This document shows positions 24,981 through 39,585 of a stretch of 64,000 nucleotides of DNA, in pieces; positions within the stretch are counted from its first letter, which is position 1; every line of letters starts with the position of its first letter. The stretch is from positions 96,534,001 through 96,598,000 of the forward strand of contig OZ024741.1 of assembly GCA_964016885.1 (NCBI GenBank). The letters run 5' to 3'. This DNA comes from Eledone cirrhosa. Lineage: Eukaryota. Position numbers and translations under genes: made by a program. The notes beneath the pieces are model-generated. The model worked only from the letters and a program-made list of their open reading frames with translations. It had not been told where the DNA came from and did no database searches.

Positions 24981-26361
24981 GGGAGATAAGTGGCTTCTTG
25001 GATGGCAATATTGGGATTGCAAAATTAAGTAGCATGATAAATGCTTCCTCATTTTCCATTTACATTACGTAATTACATGCACATCCATTACTATATATAA
25101 ATGTGTATGTGTGTATATGTGCATTTGTAGATGTATAACTTCCACGTATATATTTATATATATATGTATATATATAAATATGTATGCATGTGTAAGTGTG
25201 TGTGTGTTTACTTCTTTTGCGTCCGTGTATATGTTCATAATGGTGTGTGCATGAACTTAACCTCTCAGTAAATACATGTCCAACAGGTATTTGCAATGAA
25301 AATCAGTAAAATAAAACTAAATAACAGAAATAAAAATGCTAATTGTATACACAAGTAAAATATCAGGACAAACATTTCATTAACATTCTATACTTCAATA
25401 GAAGAGGTTCAAGATTGAAAAGGTATTTTGCAATGTCTTGTTCAATACTCCTTCCTCTTAAGTTCCTTCACTTCCTTTCTCGTTGCTTCCAACACACAAA
25501 CTCTATTCATACACAAAATATTTTGTTGTTGTGTTTGTATAGAACTGTTGACATTTGTGTGTATACATCAGAACACGTAAGTGTCTTCACAATTCACCAC
25601 AAATTAGTCATGAACATAAATAGACAATAAAAATAAATATATAAAAATGGAAAAAAAAAATTCGGTTCTGCCTTACTTTCAATAACTTTAGATAGTGGCA
25701 CGTGACTGTTGAAGGGTTTCACTGAAGCGGATGTTGTTGTGGCGCGCTGTATTGTGCCATAGAAAATGGCAGCTATAAGGCTTTGGAATTACTACTGTTT
25801 GATTTGAAGTAGCTACCTACATACAGGAATAGAATGATAACATACATACACAAATCCAAACACGCGCGCATATACGGATATATATATGCACACAAATATA
25901 ATTATAGATAAAAAAAATAAACATATTTTTGCGTATGCTTATGTTTTCTCGTATTTTCCAATTTACCTGTTACCGATCCATAACTACATGTATATATATA
26001 TATATATATATGTGTGTCTGCCTATGTTGTATTTACGCATGTGTATATTTATGAGTATGCATATATGCGTGCATATATATATATATATATGTTTGTGTGT
26101 GTGTGTGTATATTTGACTATATATATAGACATATAGGGGTAGCGAAAGAAGACGTACAGAGAAGTGAGTGATAAAGAAAAGAAAGGAAATTAAAAAGGCA
26201 AAATTGCGTTAAGTTTTTATGCATCAGTCCATACTAATATTTCAATATATATATATGTATATATATCCATTTGTGTATGAGTGTGACGAGTAGTGGATGC
26301 GTCAATCTGTACATAGTAATAAGCGGATACATACAAACTGCACATATACAGCCATTCACAC

Positions 26362-26449
<88 letters not shown>

Positions 26450-26679
26450 ATATATATATATATATTGTTATATATTGTTATGCTTTGGGAGGGTCATGTT
26501 GCCAATAAGAAACATACGCACCAGTTGATTTCACTCCAATTTATTATAAATTAAATTTATAAATTTAATTTAGTGCGTGTGTTTCTTATTGGCAACATGA
26601 CCCTCTCAAAGCATAACAATATCGGTTTCAACACACGTTTTCAGATAAAGAATCTTGCTAAACAAATTCAGAAACGATA

Positions 26680-26789
<110 letters not shown>

Positions 26790-26936
26790 TGTATATATAT
26801 ATGGCGAAAACCAACCAAACAGTGAGTGTGTTCAGTTATTATTTCTGACAATATTATTACAACAATATGATTCCCCCCAAGTATAACAATATTTGTTTCG
26901 ACACACGATTTCATATAAAAAACCTCGCAAAACAAA

Positions 26937-27013
<77 letters not shown>

Positions 27014-27429
27014 GGTTTTGTATGCGAACAGATTCTGAAAGCCACAGAGCAAACGATATAGTACGTTAGTACATTGAAGATATATATTAGTTTAACGATT
27101 GGTATAGGAGGAAAATCATTATAACGTTTCGGTGTTATGCCTTCATTGGATGATATATTGAGAAATAAAAGGACAAAATGAAAAGGTGGAGGAGAATGAT
27201 AAAAGAAAGAAATACAGAAAGACTTTTTGGAAAAAAGTGCGAGTGTGTTCAATCAGCCATTTTGGAGAAGTGCTGGTCAAAAGGTATCTTAGATGTTACA
27301 GCCGTTTTGAAATTGAGATAACTCTTATATATTATTAGTGTAGATGGGTGTATGTGTCTGTGTCTGCGTTGTTTATCTGTGTTGTGTGTGTATATGGGCC
27401 AGACTATGACAAAGCTGTCGGCTGCTGCT

Positions 27430-27950
27430 AGGATGTAGAAGGATGTGTGCACGCGGGTGCGTTAGCTGGCCAACGCAGGCAGCTATACCTGTGAACCTCT
27501 CGTACACACCATGTTGGACAGCGTTGAACGGTGATCGAATAGTGCGAGGTGGCTTACGCGACATGGAAGCAGCTCGGGCTCCACCCTCTCTATATCCCCC
27601 CCCCCCCCGTATATGTCCACTCTCACCAAAAGAAAAGGGACGTCATTCTTTCCATCATTTATTTATCTCAGCACCATCTGGCATGTTACCGTTCGGCCTC
27701 CTAAACCCACACTGGTGCCTAGCACAACGCAGTTCCCTCACTCGTGACTGGCACTCAGCTGGACAGCGTCTGCTTGCGAAATGGTTTTTCCCTGAGGCTT
27801 GGCCTCCGCCTCTATGAGCCTCAGAAATGTCGCTGCGGTATAATTGTGGGTCTTTTCAGTCTCCACCCACTGCCATGCCGTTACAATGCTGGCCATTTAC
27901 CACACCATGCAGCTCTCACCAAGATCATAAAGCATGGCCTAGATGGCGCA
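27430..27950 (+). mobile_element. CRE-clade non-LTR retrotransposon C-terminal fragment
   Basis: GTQLDSVCLRNGFSLRLGLRLYEPQKCRCG...HPLPCRYNAGHLPHHAAL resembles the CRE LRLG..CxCG..H..C..G..RH zinc-knuckle region. Confidence 0.7.
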
Positions 27951-28023
27951 TATCTGAAGACATGTTGAAGAAGAGTCGGGCCCCGGTCATTAGCTGTTCG
28001 ATAGTGAAACAATTGTAATATGC
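27948..28023 (+). ncRNA. Type I hammerhead ribozyme (long stem II)
   Basis: gcatat-CTGAAGA-[stem II tgttgaa/ttcgata]-GAAA-caattg-TA-atatgc. Stem I is 6 bp, loop III palindromic, GUA site. Confidence 0.75.
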
Positions 28024-28452
28024 CAATAAAGTTTATACATATCCTGCAACACTGATTTACTTAGATTTACTTAGTTTATTTACACGCTGCACACTAAAGC
28101 CGCTTTAATATCCGGATTATTACCCAACACGAGATGAACCTCGAAATAGCATCAGGCGCGTCTAACAGCGTGACGCCTGTAACTGCAGTTACACACCTAG
28201 CTACCCCCCCCCCCTCCCATATATATATGTATATATATATATATATATATATCCATACGTGCATAAATACACACACACACACACACACACATACACATAT
28301 ATATGTGTATATATATATCCATACATGCATAAATACACACACACACCCACACACATGCACACACATATATATATATATAAAGCTATGATTCAGTCAACTT
28401 TCGCGGTACAGCAATCAACTCACCGTAATGAGTAGCTAAATCACGAGAGGAA

Positions 28453-28488
<36 letters not shown>

Positions 28489-28842
28489 ACATTACTAAAG
28501 TAAATATCACGCCAACAAATAAAACAACGAGAACATTACTACGTATAATAACCTTCAGTTCTTATACTTCACCTCCACCATCAGTAACACCATTAGAGAC
28601 TAGAATAAAGACGACATTAAGAACATCATCGTCATCGCCACTAACACCACTAACACCACTGGCAAAACGGCTATTAATGAACACTTTGCTACCAGCACTT
28701 TTGCTGTTATTACAAACACTCAGCCACCTTTATTGAGTCTGCATTACTGCCATACCGCCATTACTACTGCCATGCCACCCCTAACACCACCAGCAATACA
28801 TCACAACAAAAAAAAAGACTACCACAATTATAACCATTATCA

Positions 28843-29445
<603 letters not shown>

Positions 29446-29924
29446 TATATCATCATCACTACAACCAACATCATTAATACCACACCACACCACTACCATC
29501 ACAAATAAAACCATAAACAAAATCTACAACATCACCCCTCACTATCAACACAACAGGACCGCCGCCCCACCAGACTTAACAATAACAGCAACACTGTAAT
29601 ATTCACCAATGCCATACATAATCGTCTTCAGAAATTGAATGTCAGTTATAATATAAATGATGAAATGATAGGTGAGTGGTGGATGGAGGCTCGTTCTCTT
29701 CTCTATTGCTTGTCCTCTAAAAAAACTGTGCTGTCCTCAAACATTTTCGACATTTAATGTCAACGTTGTCGTTACAGTCATCATCATCATCAATATCCGC
29801 CTCACCCTCCTCGTCATCGACGTTTTCGTTGTCCTCCCCATCCCCCTCCTCCTCCTAAGCCCTCCCTCCCCCTTCTCCCCATCTCCTCCTCCTCAGCATC
29901 ATCATCATCGTCGTCATAACCATT

Positions 29925-29964
<40 letters not shown>

Positions 29965-31196
29965 CCATCATCATCACAATCATCATCATCATTAGATGCC
30001 TTTGATGAAAGTGTGAAAGGCAACTGAAAGATGACAGACATGTTGTGTGTATGTGAAACTAAGTATTGTACTATTAGATCATTACCAGTTTTGCTATAAA
30101 TATAAACTGAACACGCACTTTCAATTTTGCCTTTCATCCTTTTGAGGTCGCTAAAAAAAAGTATCAGTCCAGTATTGGGGTCGATTCTTCCTCTATAGAA
30201 AAAATTGGCTGTGTGGAGGGGGTTGGGCTCCGCCAGGTTTAAAATTGCCAGAGACACGCCGTATGATGGTGACTCTACGACTCCACAAGCTGTTATGGGA
30301 TCTTTAGCATTTATCCTTATATATAAATATATACACCCTCCACATATATATATATATACAAAGAAATGCTGACACACACATATATATATCGAGGAAGAGG
30401 GAGAACAGAGACAGAGAGAGGAGAGAGAAAGAGACGAAGAATTCGAGGAAAAGAAAGATGACGTAGAAGGGCAGAAAAATACATTATTGCAAGAGAATAT
30501 TGGGTGTTCATGTTAAGTATGAAAGAATAACAGGAATACATACAATACATGAAAGTTTCACTATGTTTACGATCTTAATTTATTAATTTCTACACCTAAA
30601 ATACATTCAAAACATATTTTTAAACTAAAGCCGATGTCTTCCACAATCATTATTCATTTGCCACTAATAAACATACTTAGACATCTTCGAAATTTATCTA
30701 ACTGGAAGCCGATGTAGTCCTGGAAACTATCAATCGTGAAACCATCAACCATGTAAATTTTGCATTGGAAAATACTTTGTGCGGAACATCCATCATTCAG
30801 GGCTTTTGTGAGTATGCACATCCCAGGTCTATTGGCTGCTCCCTCAGGGACGTCAACCTATTCATCGTTATTTATTTATCTCAGTTAAACAAAAATGTTT
30901 TTGCACACTAAAGATATTAAGAAGAAAATAGTTTAGCAAATTGTAAATCTTTTACACGAGGAGGTTTTGTTATTGAGGGTTAAAAGATATGATATCGAAG
31001 TGTCAGGAACTAAAATATTTGTTTTCTACCAATATAATCAAACCATTCGATAACCGACGTGCTTTTGTCCCACAAAGGAATCACTATAACTTATTTTTTG
31101 TTCTATGTAAAGTCAAATTGAAAATGGACGGAGGAAAAAAAAGAAGCGGAAAAAGAAAATGAAGACGGGAAGGAAAGAGAAGAGAGAAAAATAAGG

Positions 31197-32043
31197 ATTT
31201 CTTTATTAGCCAAACGGAACCGACATTAAACAAATAATAAAGACGTCACGAGACGATACAGTGTGGGGTTTTAATAAAACCAAAAAAATCGAACAAAACA
31301 AATACCCCATTAGGGGGAGATCTCTGAGGATCAGACGTGGAGAAAGCTCACACAATGTCACGGTCACCATTATCGCTGGGGTAGGTGCCCCATCCCATTT
31401 GTCCTCTTCAAGTCTACTGGTGTATACTTAGAGCAGGCCCTGCTCATTACTCACACACATCTCTCAACAAACACTTCGCGCTCTACTCCGATTTTCCTTT
31501 TCAATTGAAATATGAAAAACTTAATTAGGGCTTCATCAAAGAGGAAGGTGCGAACTTCAACCGTTTCAAACTTGATCACCACACAATCTATTTCGTTATG
31601 GCCACCAGGTTGAGAAAAACTGCCTGTTTTTCTCGGCTGATGGAAGACGGCAGGGCGACCTTCAGCATGGACTAAGTTGATAGCCTGATACATCATATAC
31701 GTGAATAGCAGGTATTTTATATAAACTCACAAATCAGCAATGGTCGGACACTCGATGAGTGCTTGCAGGACGGTTTCGTCGCCTTGCGCGCATCTCGGAC
31801 AGGCCCGGCTAACAGTACTTACATGCCTGTAGAGTGTATCTCGAACAGACAATGATTCACAATAACACCACCAAGCCAGAGATTTCTGGAAGGTACCCAA
31901 AGTGCCTGGGAAAAGAGTGGCTAAGTGATTTCCGGCAATGTCCATAGTCTCAGAAAAATGTCATCGCTTTTACCCACAACTAACACTCTCTAGATTGCCG
32001 AAGTGGAGTTTCCATCGTCTGTACAATCCGATTGACAGAGGGC
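31197..32043 (-). mobile_element. Decayed Tx1 3' fragment related to 4841-6851
   Basis: FQKSLAWWCY..VSRACPRCAQGDETVLQAL; FQLKRKIGVEREV; same aataaagaaatc terminus. Confidence 0.88.
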
Positions 32044-32153
32044 GAAGAAGAAGAAGAAGAAGAAGAAGAAGAAGAAGAAGAAGAAGAAGAAGAAGAAGAA
32101 GAAGAAGAAGAAGAAGAAGAAGAAGAAGAAGAAGAAGAAGAAGAAGAAGAAGA
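32044..32153. repeat. (GAA)n microsatellite
   Basis: Direct. Confidence 0.98.
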
Positions 32154-32389
32154 TATCTGAGTGATGAAGAAGAAAATATTGTAATAGAACGTCGGAGATG
32201 AATGGACAGTGGAATTGACGTATGAAAACAAGAGAAAAACAAATAAAACTTATATGTGAAGAGAAGAAGCTTACGAGAATAAGTATAAAGCCATTAGGAG
32301 TGGAGAAATTCTTGAAGCAAAACAAATATATTAAACATATACTTAACATGAAAGGTATGGGAAAAATCAAATCAAGTATATATATATGT

Positions 32390-32468
<79 letters not shown>

Positions 32469-32813
32469 CGTGTGTAAGTGTGCATGTAAGTATGTATATG
32501 TATGCATCTGTGCGTGTTTCTCCGTGTCTCTGTTTACGTCTACATCAGTGTCTTTGTTCATGCTTTCTACCTTTGCGGTCCCACAAACATGTGATCGAAA
32601 GTGCCAGCTTTGTCACTCTGGATCCCAAGGAATCTCTCGGGGGCCCCGTTGAGGGTACATGTGTGTGTGTAGAAAGCTCAGCCACATGCAGGTTGTTCTA
32701 TTGATCGACTCAACTGCAACACTCATCGTCGGAACCGACGCAGGTCCAACACACATACATACAGCCCACATATACATATATATCTAATATGAGGTTATAG
32801 TGTCGTGCTTCAC

Positions 32814-32888
<75 letters not shown>

Positions 32889-32944
32889 TATATATATAAA
32901 AGTAATAACAAAACAAATGGTACATTACATGGAAGAACTATATA

Positions 32945-33768
32945 TATATACTATAAATTATGTCCATAGAATCATTTGATAAGATATATACACCATCTCC
33001 TCTCCCAATTACCATAATCAACCACACAAAAAACCAATTAAACCCGGCTATAAGATTAAAAGGCACCTATGAAGAAATAATAGATAAATAAACGACAGCC
33101 GTCTATTCGCGATCAACAGCTATAGAATATTTACCCAGCATTTCAATAGCACGTGGAAATTGATGAAATATATCGTCAACCATACACAATTAGGTATAAA
33201 ATTAAAGTTAGAAGAAAAAATGCATATACACATACCAGGATTACGTTTCTACGCTTTAGGGTTTCATCCACCTTTTGGAAATATCCGATCAAGGATAAAT
33301 TTCCAAGCTTCGAAATCATCAGGAAACAAACTCACTTGGACGAAGATTTTTCTTAAATGATTCCCGCCAGAAACGAATTCAAAATGGCTAAGAAATGTGA
33401 CGTGGCAGTGATCAAGTCAGAAAGAATGTGATTGGTACCTTACGGCGAGTGGGCTGGTTGCTAGAAACCGCAGCCTAATATTGCCTAAATTGCATCTCAA
33501 CCTTATGGGAGATTATCAAATATAAAGATTTACATATACACAAACTAGACAAAGTCACAGATATATATGTTTTTGGCAATTCACGATGTGGCTCAATGAT
33601 GAATTAATAAATTAAATAATGAGAGCAATATACTATAAATTATGTCCATAGAATAATTTGATAAGATATATACACCATTTCCTCTCCCAAACATCATAAT
33701 CAACTACACAAAAAAAAACCCAATGAAACCAGGCTATTAGATTAAAAGGTACCTATGAAGAAATAATA
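32945..33768 (-). mobile_element. Non-coding hammerhead-bearing element with about 135-bp terminal direct repeats
   Basis: ctataaattatgtccatagaa...cctatgaagaaataata at 32951-33082 and 33633-33768. (TA)n nearby on both sides. Confidence 0.65.
33245..33327 (-). ncRNA. Type I hammerhead ribozyme (long stem II)
   Basis: Reverse strand: gtttc-CTGATGA-[ttggaaa..tatcc/ggata tttccaa]-GAAA-ccctaaagcg-TA-gaaac. Confidence 0.75.
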
Positions 33769-33803
33769 ATAATAATATATATATTATTCAAAACATACTT
33801 ACT

Positions 33804-33850
<47 letters not shown>

Positions 33851-33936
33851 CTCGATATTCAAATTAGGCTGCTCAGCCGTTAATATGCATAAGGAAAGTA
33901 TATACTTTCAGACGTTCAATCATCTGGCAGAAAGGT

Positions 33937-33989
33937 ATACGATGCTGACGATAGTAAATAAGCTTGAAACTACTACATAGTTCCTGTGT
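33937..33989 (+). ncRNA. Type I hammerhead ribozyme, imperfect stem I
   Basis: CTGACGA-tagtaaataagctt-GAAA-cta ctaca tag-TT-cctgtgt. Confidence 0.55.
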
Positions 33990-36164
33990 CAGTGTTGAAC
34001 AAAAGGGCGACGATCGTTGCCTGAACACTGTACGGCTTAAGTCGGGATGTTTATTTGTTTACAAATAAACAAACCGAACATTATAATAAATTTTCGGTAA
34101 ACAGATACGTATATATATATATGTGTGCATGTATGTATATATGTACATACTACTGTACGTCTGTATTCATATATGTATGTACGTATACATACATACTTAC
34201 ATTTAAGTATCAGCCGTACTAAGAGTGAGAAATGAAATTTCGTTTCATTCTTTTCCATTCATATATATATATATATATATTTATTTATTCATATATATAT
34301 ATATTTATATATATATATATATCCTCCAGATGGCTATCTTTTCAGGCTTTAGAAACCCGTAGCTCACTGATCCTACGGTCTATAGGACACAGTCACTATT
34401 TATACATTCCAAACAAGTAACATTCTCCAGGCAACCATGTAGAACAAATGTTATAATGCGTCAATTTTAGCAACCATGTGCTACGAAGTAACCGCTACAT
34501 GGTCGTCCAACATACTTTAAATGACAGCTATATCTCCTTCAAACCATATTGTACCAACATCTTTAAAGTAACACAGTGGTTGAAGTAGTCTAACGTTAAA
34601 AAATATCAAAACTGAAATACTTGTTGATGATAGTCTCTACTACTACAGTTTGCTTGCGGCTGGACAACTTCAACGCAGTTGTTGTGGTGTATACCTATAT
34701 TTCTCATGATCTAACCGACTGAACATCAAGGACTTGCCCGACGTGCCTATCCTATTCCTTTTTTAAAATTTTTTATTAAGATATGGTGTATCGAGAACTA
34801 AATTACACAATGAGTCCTTTATCTTTTTAAGTAGTAATATGAAATTTGAGTGAGATTTTATTGCTATTTCTATGGGCGAAATCACTCACATTAAAGAACC
34901 CTCATTTGCTCTTCGACAGCACTGCAACACCCTCCTCTTATGTTTTGTCTGTCTGTTTGTAGTTCCGAGTTCATGTCCCCCACTAGATAACGATGACAAC
35001 ATCACTAATCATGGTGACATGCCATCAACTTTTATCACCAACATACTCAAATACTCTAAAACTGAAAGAATGCCAAAACTTGTTAAATTATTCCTGCTGT
35101 ACGTTCTAAATGCCATCTGCCGTATTAAAACAATTCTAATTCAACAGCCGTTTCAATTGCTAATATTAAAACATTCACCATTCACCTTTCACCTTGAACT
35201 ACAATTGTTGGGAACATTCTGTACATTTTATTTCTATTTTACTTTTTTCATGAGGAGAGTCATGCTTCATGAATGCCGTCTGAAAATATAATGAAGTATG
35301 GTAATCATAATCACTTTTAATCCTTTTCCCATATATGACTCACAAATAGACAATAAATTAATTTGACTTTTGTTTCAGATTCACTTTACATAGTTTTGTC
35401 AGCATCACCACAACCATCGTCATCCCCAACAACATCTGCTAAGAAAACCATCATCACCACTATCACCATTGCAATCTCCATCGTTAAGTGCATTATCACC
35501 AGTACGAACAGTACCTGGACCTATGACGAAATCGCCTCGCTCTGGATAGATCTGCTACACACACTAGCCAAATCTCCTGCAAATCGCAACATAAAGTATT
35601 GTCTTAAATACAGAGGTTTACATTGGATTATGCAGTTCCGGATATAGGAAAATGAGAGAACTTACCCTACTGAAACATTTTCATACATCATGTCCTACGC
35701 GGGGCTAAACAACAACAGCTGCACCATCACTGTTATAAGCATTCATCACAACAGCCAATACCAGAACAATTATCAAGATCCAATACAACATCAACACCAC
35801 CATCAATACAACGTGGCTGCAAAGCGAACTTTTTAACAACAAATTTATGTTTGATATTCTAATTTGTTGTGCTGTATATAAATAACCATTCTTGAATTAC
35901 GGTACCTCGTAAAACGAACACAGGTAATGTAAATAAAACACACCTGTTCAGTTAATATTACTAGCAGAAAAACCACCCTACGGGTGGTTTTCTACTAGCA
36001 TGTGTAGTGTGTATATTGATATGATACACAAATATATATGCATGTAGATATGATACATCAAATAAAATCGTAATTGACAATATACACAGAAATTGAACGA
36101 AGTCTATGTTACACTGTCTTCTGTAATCAGTAACGTAATCCATGATACATTTAAAAAAAGACGA

Positions 36165-36215
36165 TATTATATATAAAACTGTTGTTGTCTGTGTGTGTGT
36201 GTGTGTGTGTGCGTG

Positions 36216-36256
<41 letters not shown>

Positions 36257-36470
36257 GTGCGTGTGTGCGTGTGCGTGCGTGTGCGTGTGTGTGTGTGTGC
36301 GCGCGTGTCCTCATTTTTGCAAAGTCTATACAAATCCACATTTCTACTCCGATTGACTTCAAACTTTCATTTATATATTCCTTGCGGTCTAAAGATATTA
36401 ACTGCAGCTTTTATTTTTCAATTTTCTGTTGTTAAAGGGGTGTTAGGCGCCGGTTATCCATCTCCGTAGC
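36165..36470 (+). mobile_element. Non-autonomous Helitron-like fragment
   Basis: tatatataaaa..(GT)n..ccgattgacttcaaacttt, same layout as 36736. Confidence 0.45.
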
Positions 36471-36735
36471 GCTCTTATAATATCTGCCTGTATGCCTGAC
36501 TGTCTGCATTACGACATTCAGACGAACATTGATGACGTATTATGTTCGCTATTTTCCGTTCATTGCCAGGGAACGTCTTCACGAACCAAAGTATCGTCTT
36601 CCTGTTTTCCTTCAGCTGCAACGTTTTTTTAAATATTTACTTCTGCATTCACAGATTGATGTTTTTAGTTTCAGAAGATCCCGTTAAGGGTAAAAGCAAC
36701 TATTCTTTGCTTAAACTTTAATCTGTTATTTTAAT

Positions 36736-36772
36736 CCATATATGTATATATATATAAACCTGAGGAAGGAAG

Positions 36773-36865
<93 letters not shown>

Positions 36866-37434
36866 AACCCGAGAAGTACCCAACCGATCTTTTTCAAACT
36901 TTACATGTGTATTACTTATGTTTCAGGTAGTTTTATGCACATCCCATAAAAAACATTCAACTTTTTGATCCCCTAGGCCCCTGCGTTTTTTCAGGTTTTA
37001 GGTCTTTTTTTAGGCGTTACATCAGACCGATTTCCTTGAAATTGTAACTATGTATTAGTCAGTCTCTTCTTCATTCCGTGAGCACAGAAAATCCAACTTT
37101 TTTTATGGCCTAGGGCCCGCATTAGGTGAACAACTTCATCTTTTCAGGTTTTTAGGGCTTTTTTGAGGCTTTAAGTCTAGCTGATTTTCCCGAAATTTCA
37201 AGGCATATGCACATAAAAAAAAATTAATTTTCTTGATCCACTAGGGCTCGCATTAGGTGAAAACCTGCATTTTCCTGCTTTATCGAGGAAAATCTTAAAT
37301 ATTATTCAGCCATCAGAGTATTCGGTTTATTTTCTTTACATATTGTCCAGGCATACAGTTTTCCACGATTAGGTCTGTTAGCGGCCTGCGTTCCAAAATA
37401 CCTTATCCTGTGCAACGCCGGGTACCACTGATAG
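36736..37434 (+). mobile_element. Non-autonomous Helitron
   Basis: 5' tc..tatatatataaa, (GT)n, aaccgatcttttcaaacttt-like motif, internal 130-bp subrepeats. 3' cctgtgcaacgccggg hairpin followed by atag (CTAG variant). Confidence 0.7.
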
Positions 37435-37654
37435 TTATATATAAACTGCATTAGGAGAAAATTAGCGATGGAAATATATGCGATATGTTTATAAGTGTTA
37501 TAATATAACGGCCGCTAACCGGAAGTGTTGACATTTGAAAATTTTAAAGAAGTGAATTTTAAAGGTCTTTAAATAAGCTATAAAATATATTTAATAAACA
37601 GCCACGAAATTTAGCACATAAATTATGTAATATTCATTCATTATTTATTCAAAG

Positions 37655-37766
37655 CAATCCCGCCGAGGTTAGCTTTGCCTTTCAGCCTTACGGAGTCGAT
37701 AAAATAAAGTACCAGTAATGTACTGGGTAATTGCTGACCTTGTGCCAAAAAAGTAGAAACAATTAT
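37655..37766 (+). mobile_element. SINE family 1 fragment
   Basis: atcccgccgaggtt..ctttgcctttca..gtcgataaaataaagtaccagt, repeated many times in this window. Confidence 0.8.
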
Positions 37767-37900
37767 TTATTCAAAGTAATCCAACTTATTTTACAAACGG
37801 AGTAAACAAATATATTCTGGACGCAATCCCGCACTCCTTTCTATTTGACATGAGTAGTGACTTTTATAAGTTTCTTCTGCAGATGTAATCATGGAGGCAG

Positions 37901-37946
37901 TTGTTATCTGATGAACAGACACAAATGTGAGAAACGTAAGAGGCAA
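37901..37946 (+). ncRNA. Minimal hammerhead ribozyme, eroded stems
   Basis: ttgttat-CTGATGA-acagacacaaatgtga-GAAA-cg-TA-agaggcaa. Confidence 0.45.
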
Positions 37947-38134
37947 TACCTTATGATTTTCTGTTTACAAAGGAAATAACAACTTATACTATTTAATTTT
38001 CAGAGCAAGATTTATGATAGTAAAACTATAGTTATATTTCTATATAAAAACAAATTTCTATTATCAACCCGGATAGACATTCCACACACACACACGTGCG
38101 CGTATCGCCCCCCCCCATATATATACATATGTGG

Positions 38135-38345
38135 GAAGGCATGTGACTTAGTTGTTAGATAGTTGTTAGATAGTTGGACTCTCAGTCGTGAGTGGGTGAT
38201 AAGTTGTGTCCTTGACCCAAGGCATTTTATTTCACGTTGCTCCTTCTGCCAGGACTTGGAACCGTTAGATAGTATCAACAAAAGAAAGACCAATGGAAAC
38301 AGTGTTTCCTTGGTCCGCACTGGATAAGCGAACGAGGTCTGGGAT
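38135..38345 (+). mobile_element. tRNA-derived SINE, decayed
   Basis: gacttagttgttaga A-box-like, then gttgtgtccttga..caaggcattttatttcacgttgctcc, shared with 55405. Confidence 0.6.
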
Positions 38346-38411
38346 CTTGTCGATCGTTCCTCCTCATATCAATGATATTAATAAATGTAAATATATTTAT
38401 AAAACCATATT

Positions 38412-38472
38412 TATTCTATTATATATATTTCAAGGGTACCAAAACCTTGGTACGCTCTCATCAGATAAAATA
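38412..38472 (-). ncRNA. Type I hammerhead ribozyme
   Basis: Reverse strand: tattttat-CTGATGA-gagcgtacca aggttt tggtaccctt-GAAA-tatata-TA-atagaata. All three stems pair. Confidence 0.78.
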
Positions 38473-38911
38473 CAAAGTTTGTTTTATAAATATTGACATA
38501 TCCAGGAACGAGATCTTAACGGTTGAAGTTTTTCCTGGATAGTAAAAGGAATGATATTATACTCCAGAAAACCCGTCGAGTGTTGCGAATTAGTTATAAA
38601 TATATATATCTGTTGAATTACCAACAAATTAAATATCCCTTCGCTTATATATATATATATAAATGAAAAGTATAGAAATGATTGTAACAAGAAGCCAATA
38701 GTATTCCATAATATATAAGTGACTATAGCGTCAAAATGGGAAAATAGTTAACGTAAGATGTGGGAAAATAATTCAAACTCAATTCAAAAAGAATCAGGAT
38801 ATAGATTCATCAACAGAATTTGGTGAAATCCAGGGAAAAATCGATAGAGCCTTAATTCAGAATAAAATAAAGTTTAAAATACTTATCCTTCAATTTGGAA
38901 AAACTACAAAT

Positions 38912-38992
38912 GCTCTGTATAGTCTTAAAAAAGACTATTTCACGAAACTTTCAGTGGGGATGGTCACGGTTGGAGTCGATCATCAGCAGAGC
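38912..38992 (-). ncRNA. Type I hammerhead ribozyme
   Basis: Reverse strand: gctctg-CTGATGA-tcgact...agtttcgt-GAAA-tagtctt tttt aagacta-TA-cagagc. Perfect 6-bp stem I and 7-bp stem III. Confidence 0.85.
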
Positions 38993-39219
38993 TCGAAGAC
39001 ACGATAACCAAAGTACCACTGTTTATAATATGCCAAAAAGGGAATTTTAAAGCAGGCTAGTTCAACATCATGCGTAATTATGAAGATAAACACACATGTA
39101 GAGACAGGGCTGGTGACGTCAGAATGAGACGAATGTCTGTTTACATGAAATAACAGTAAAAAACATTCCGAAAAAAAAACTCTACATATAAGGGGTTCAG
39201 CAAAAGCAATATTATCACG

Positions 39220-39348
<129 letters not shown>

Positions 39349-39490
39349 ATATGTGTGTGTGTATGTATTAGTGAAAGCAGAGGATCGAACGCGAGCTCTG
39401 TAACTGAAACCGCCCAAGCTCATGGCTGCTCCTCTAAAATCCACTAATATACCAACTCCGCGTCATGCCATGTATCAAAGACTCTCTCTC

Positions 39491-39585
<95 letters not shown>

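Noticed and set aside
29595-29635. Minus-strand CTGAAGA motif
   Set aside because: No GAAA or pairing stems.
31322-31355. CTGAGGA..GAAAgcTC hammerhead-like string
   Set aside because: No stem I. It is antisense to the Tx1 3' UTR and absent from the younger copy near 6655-6692.
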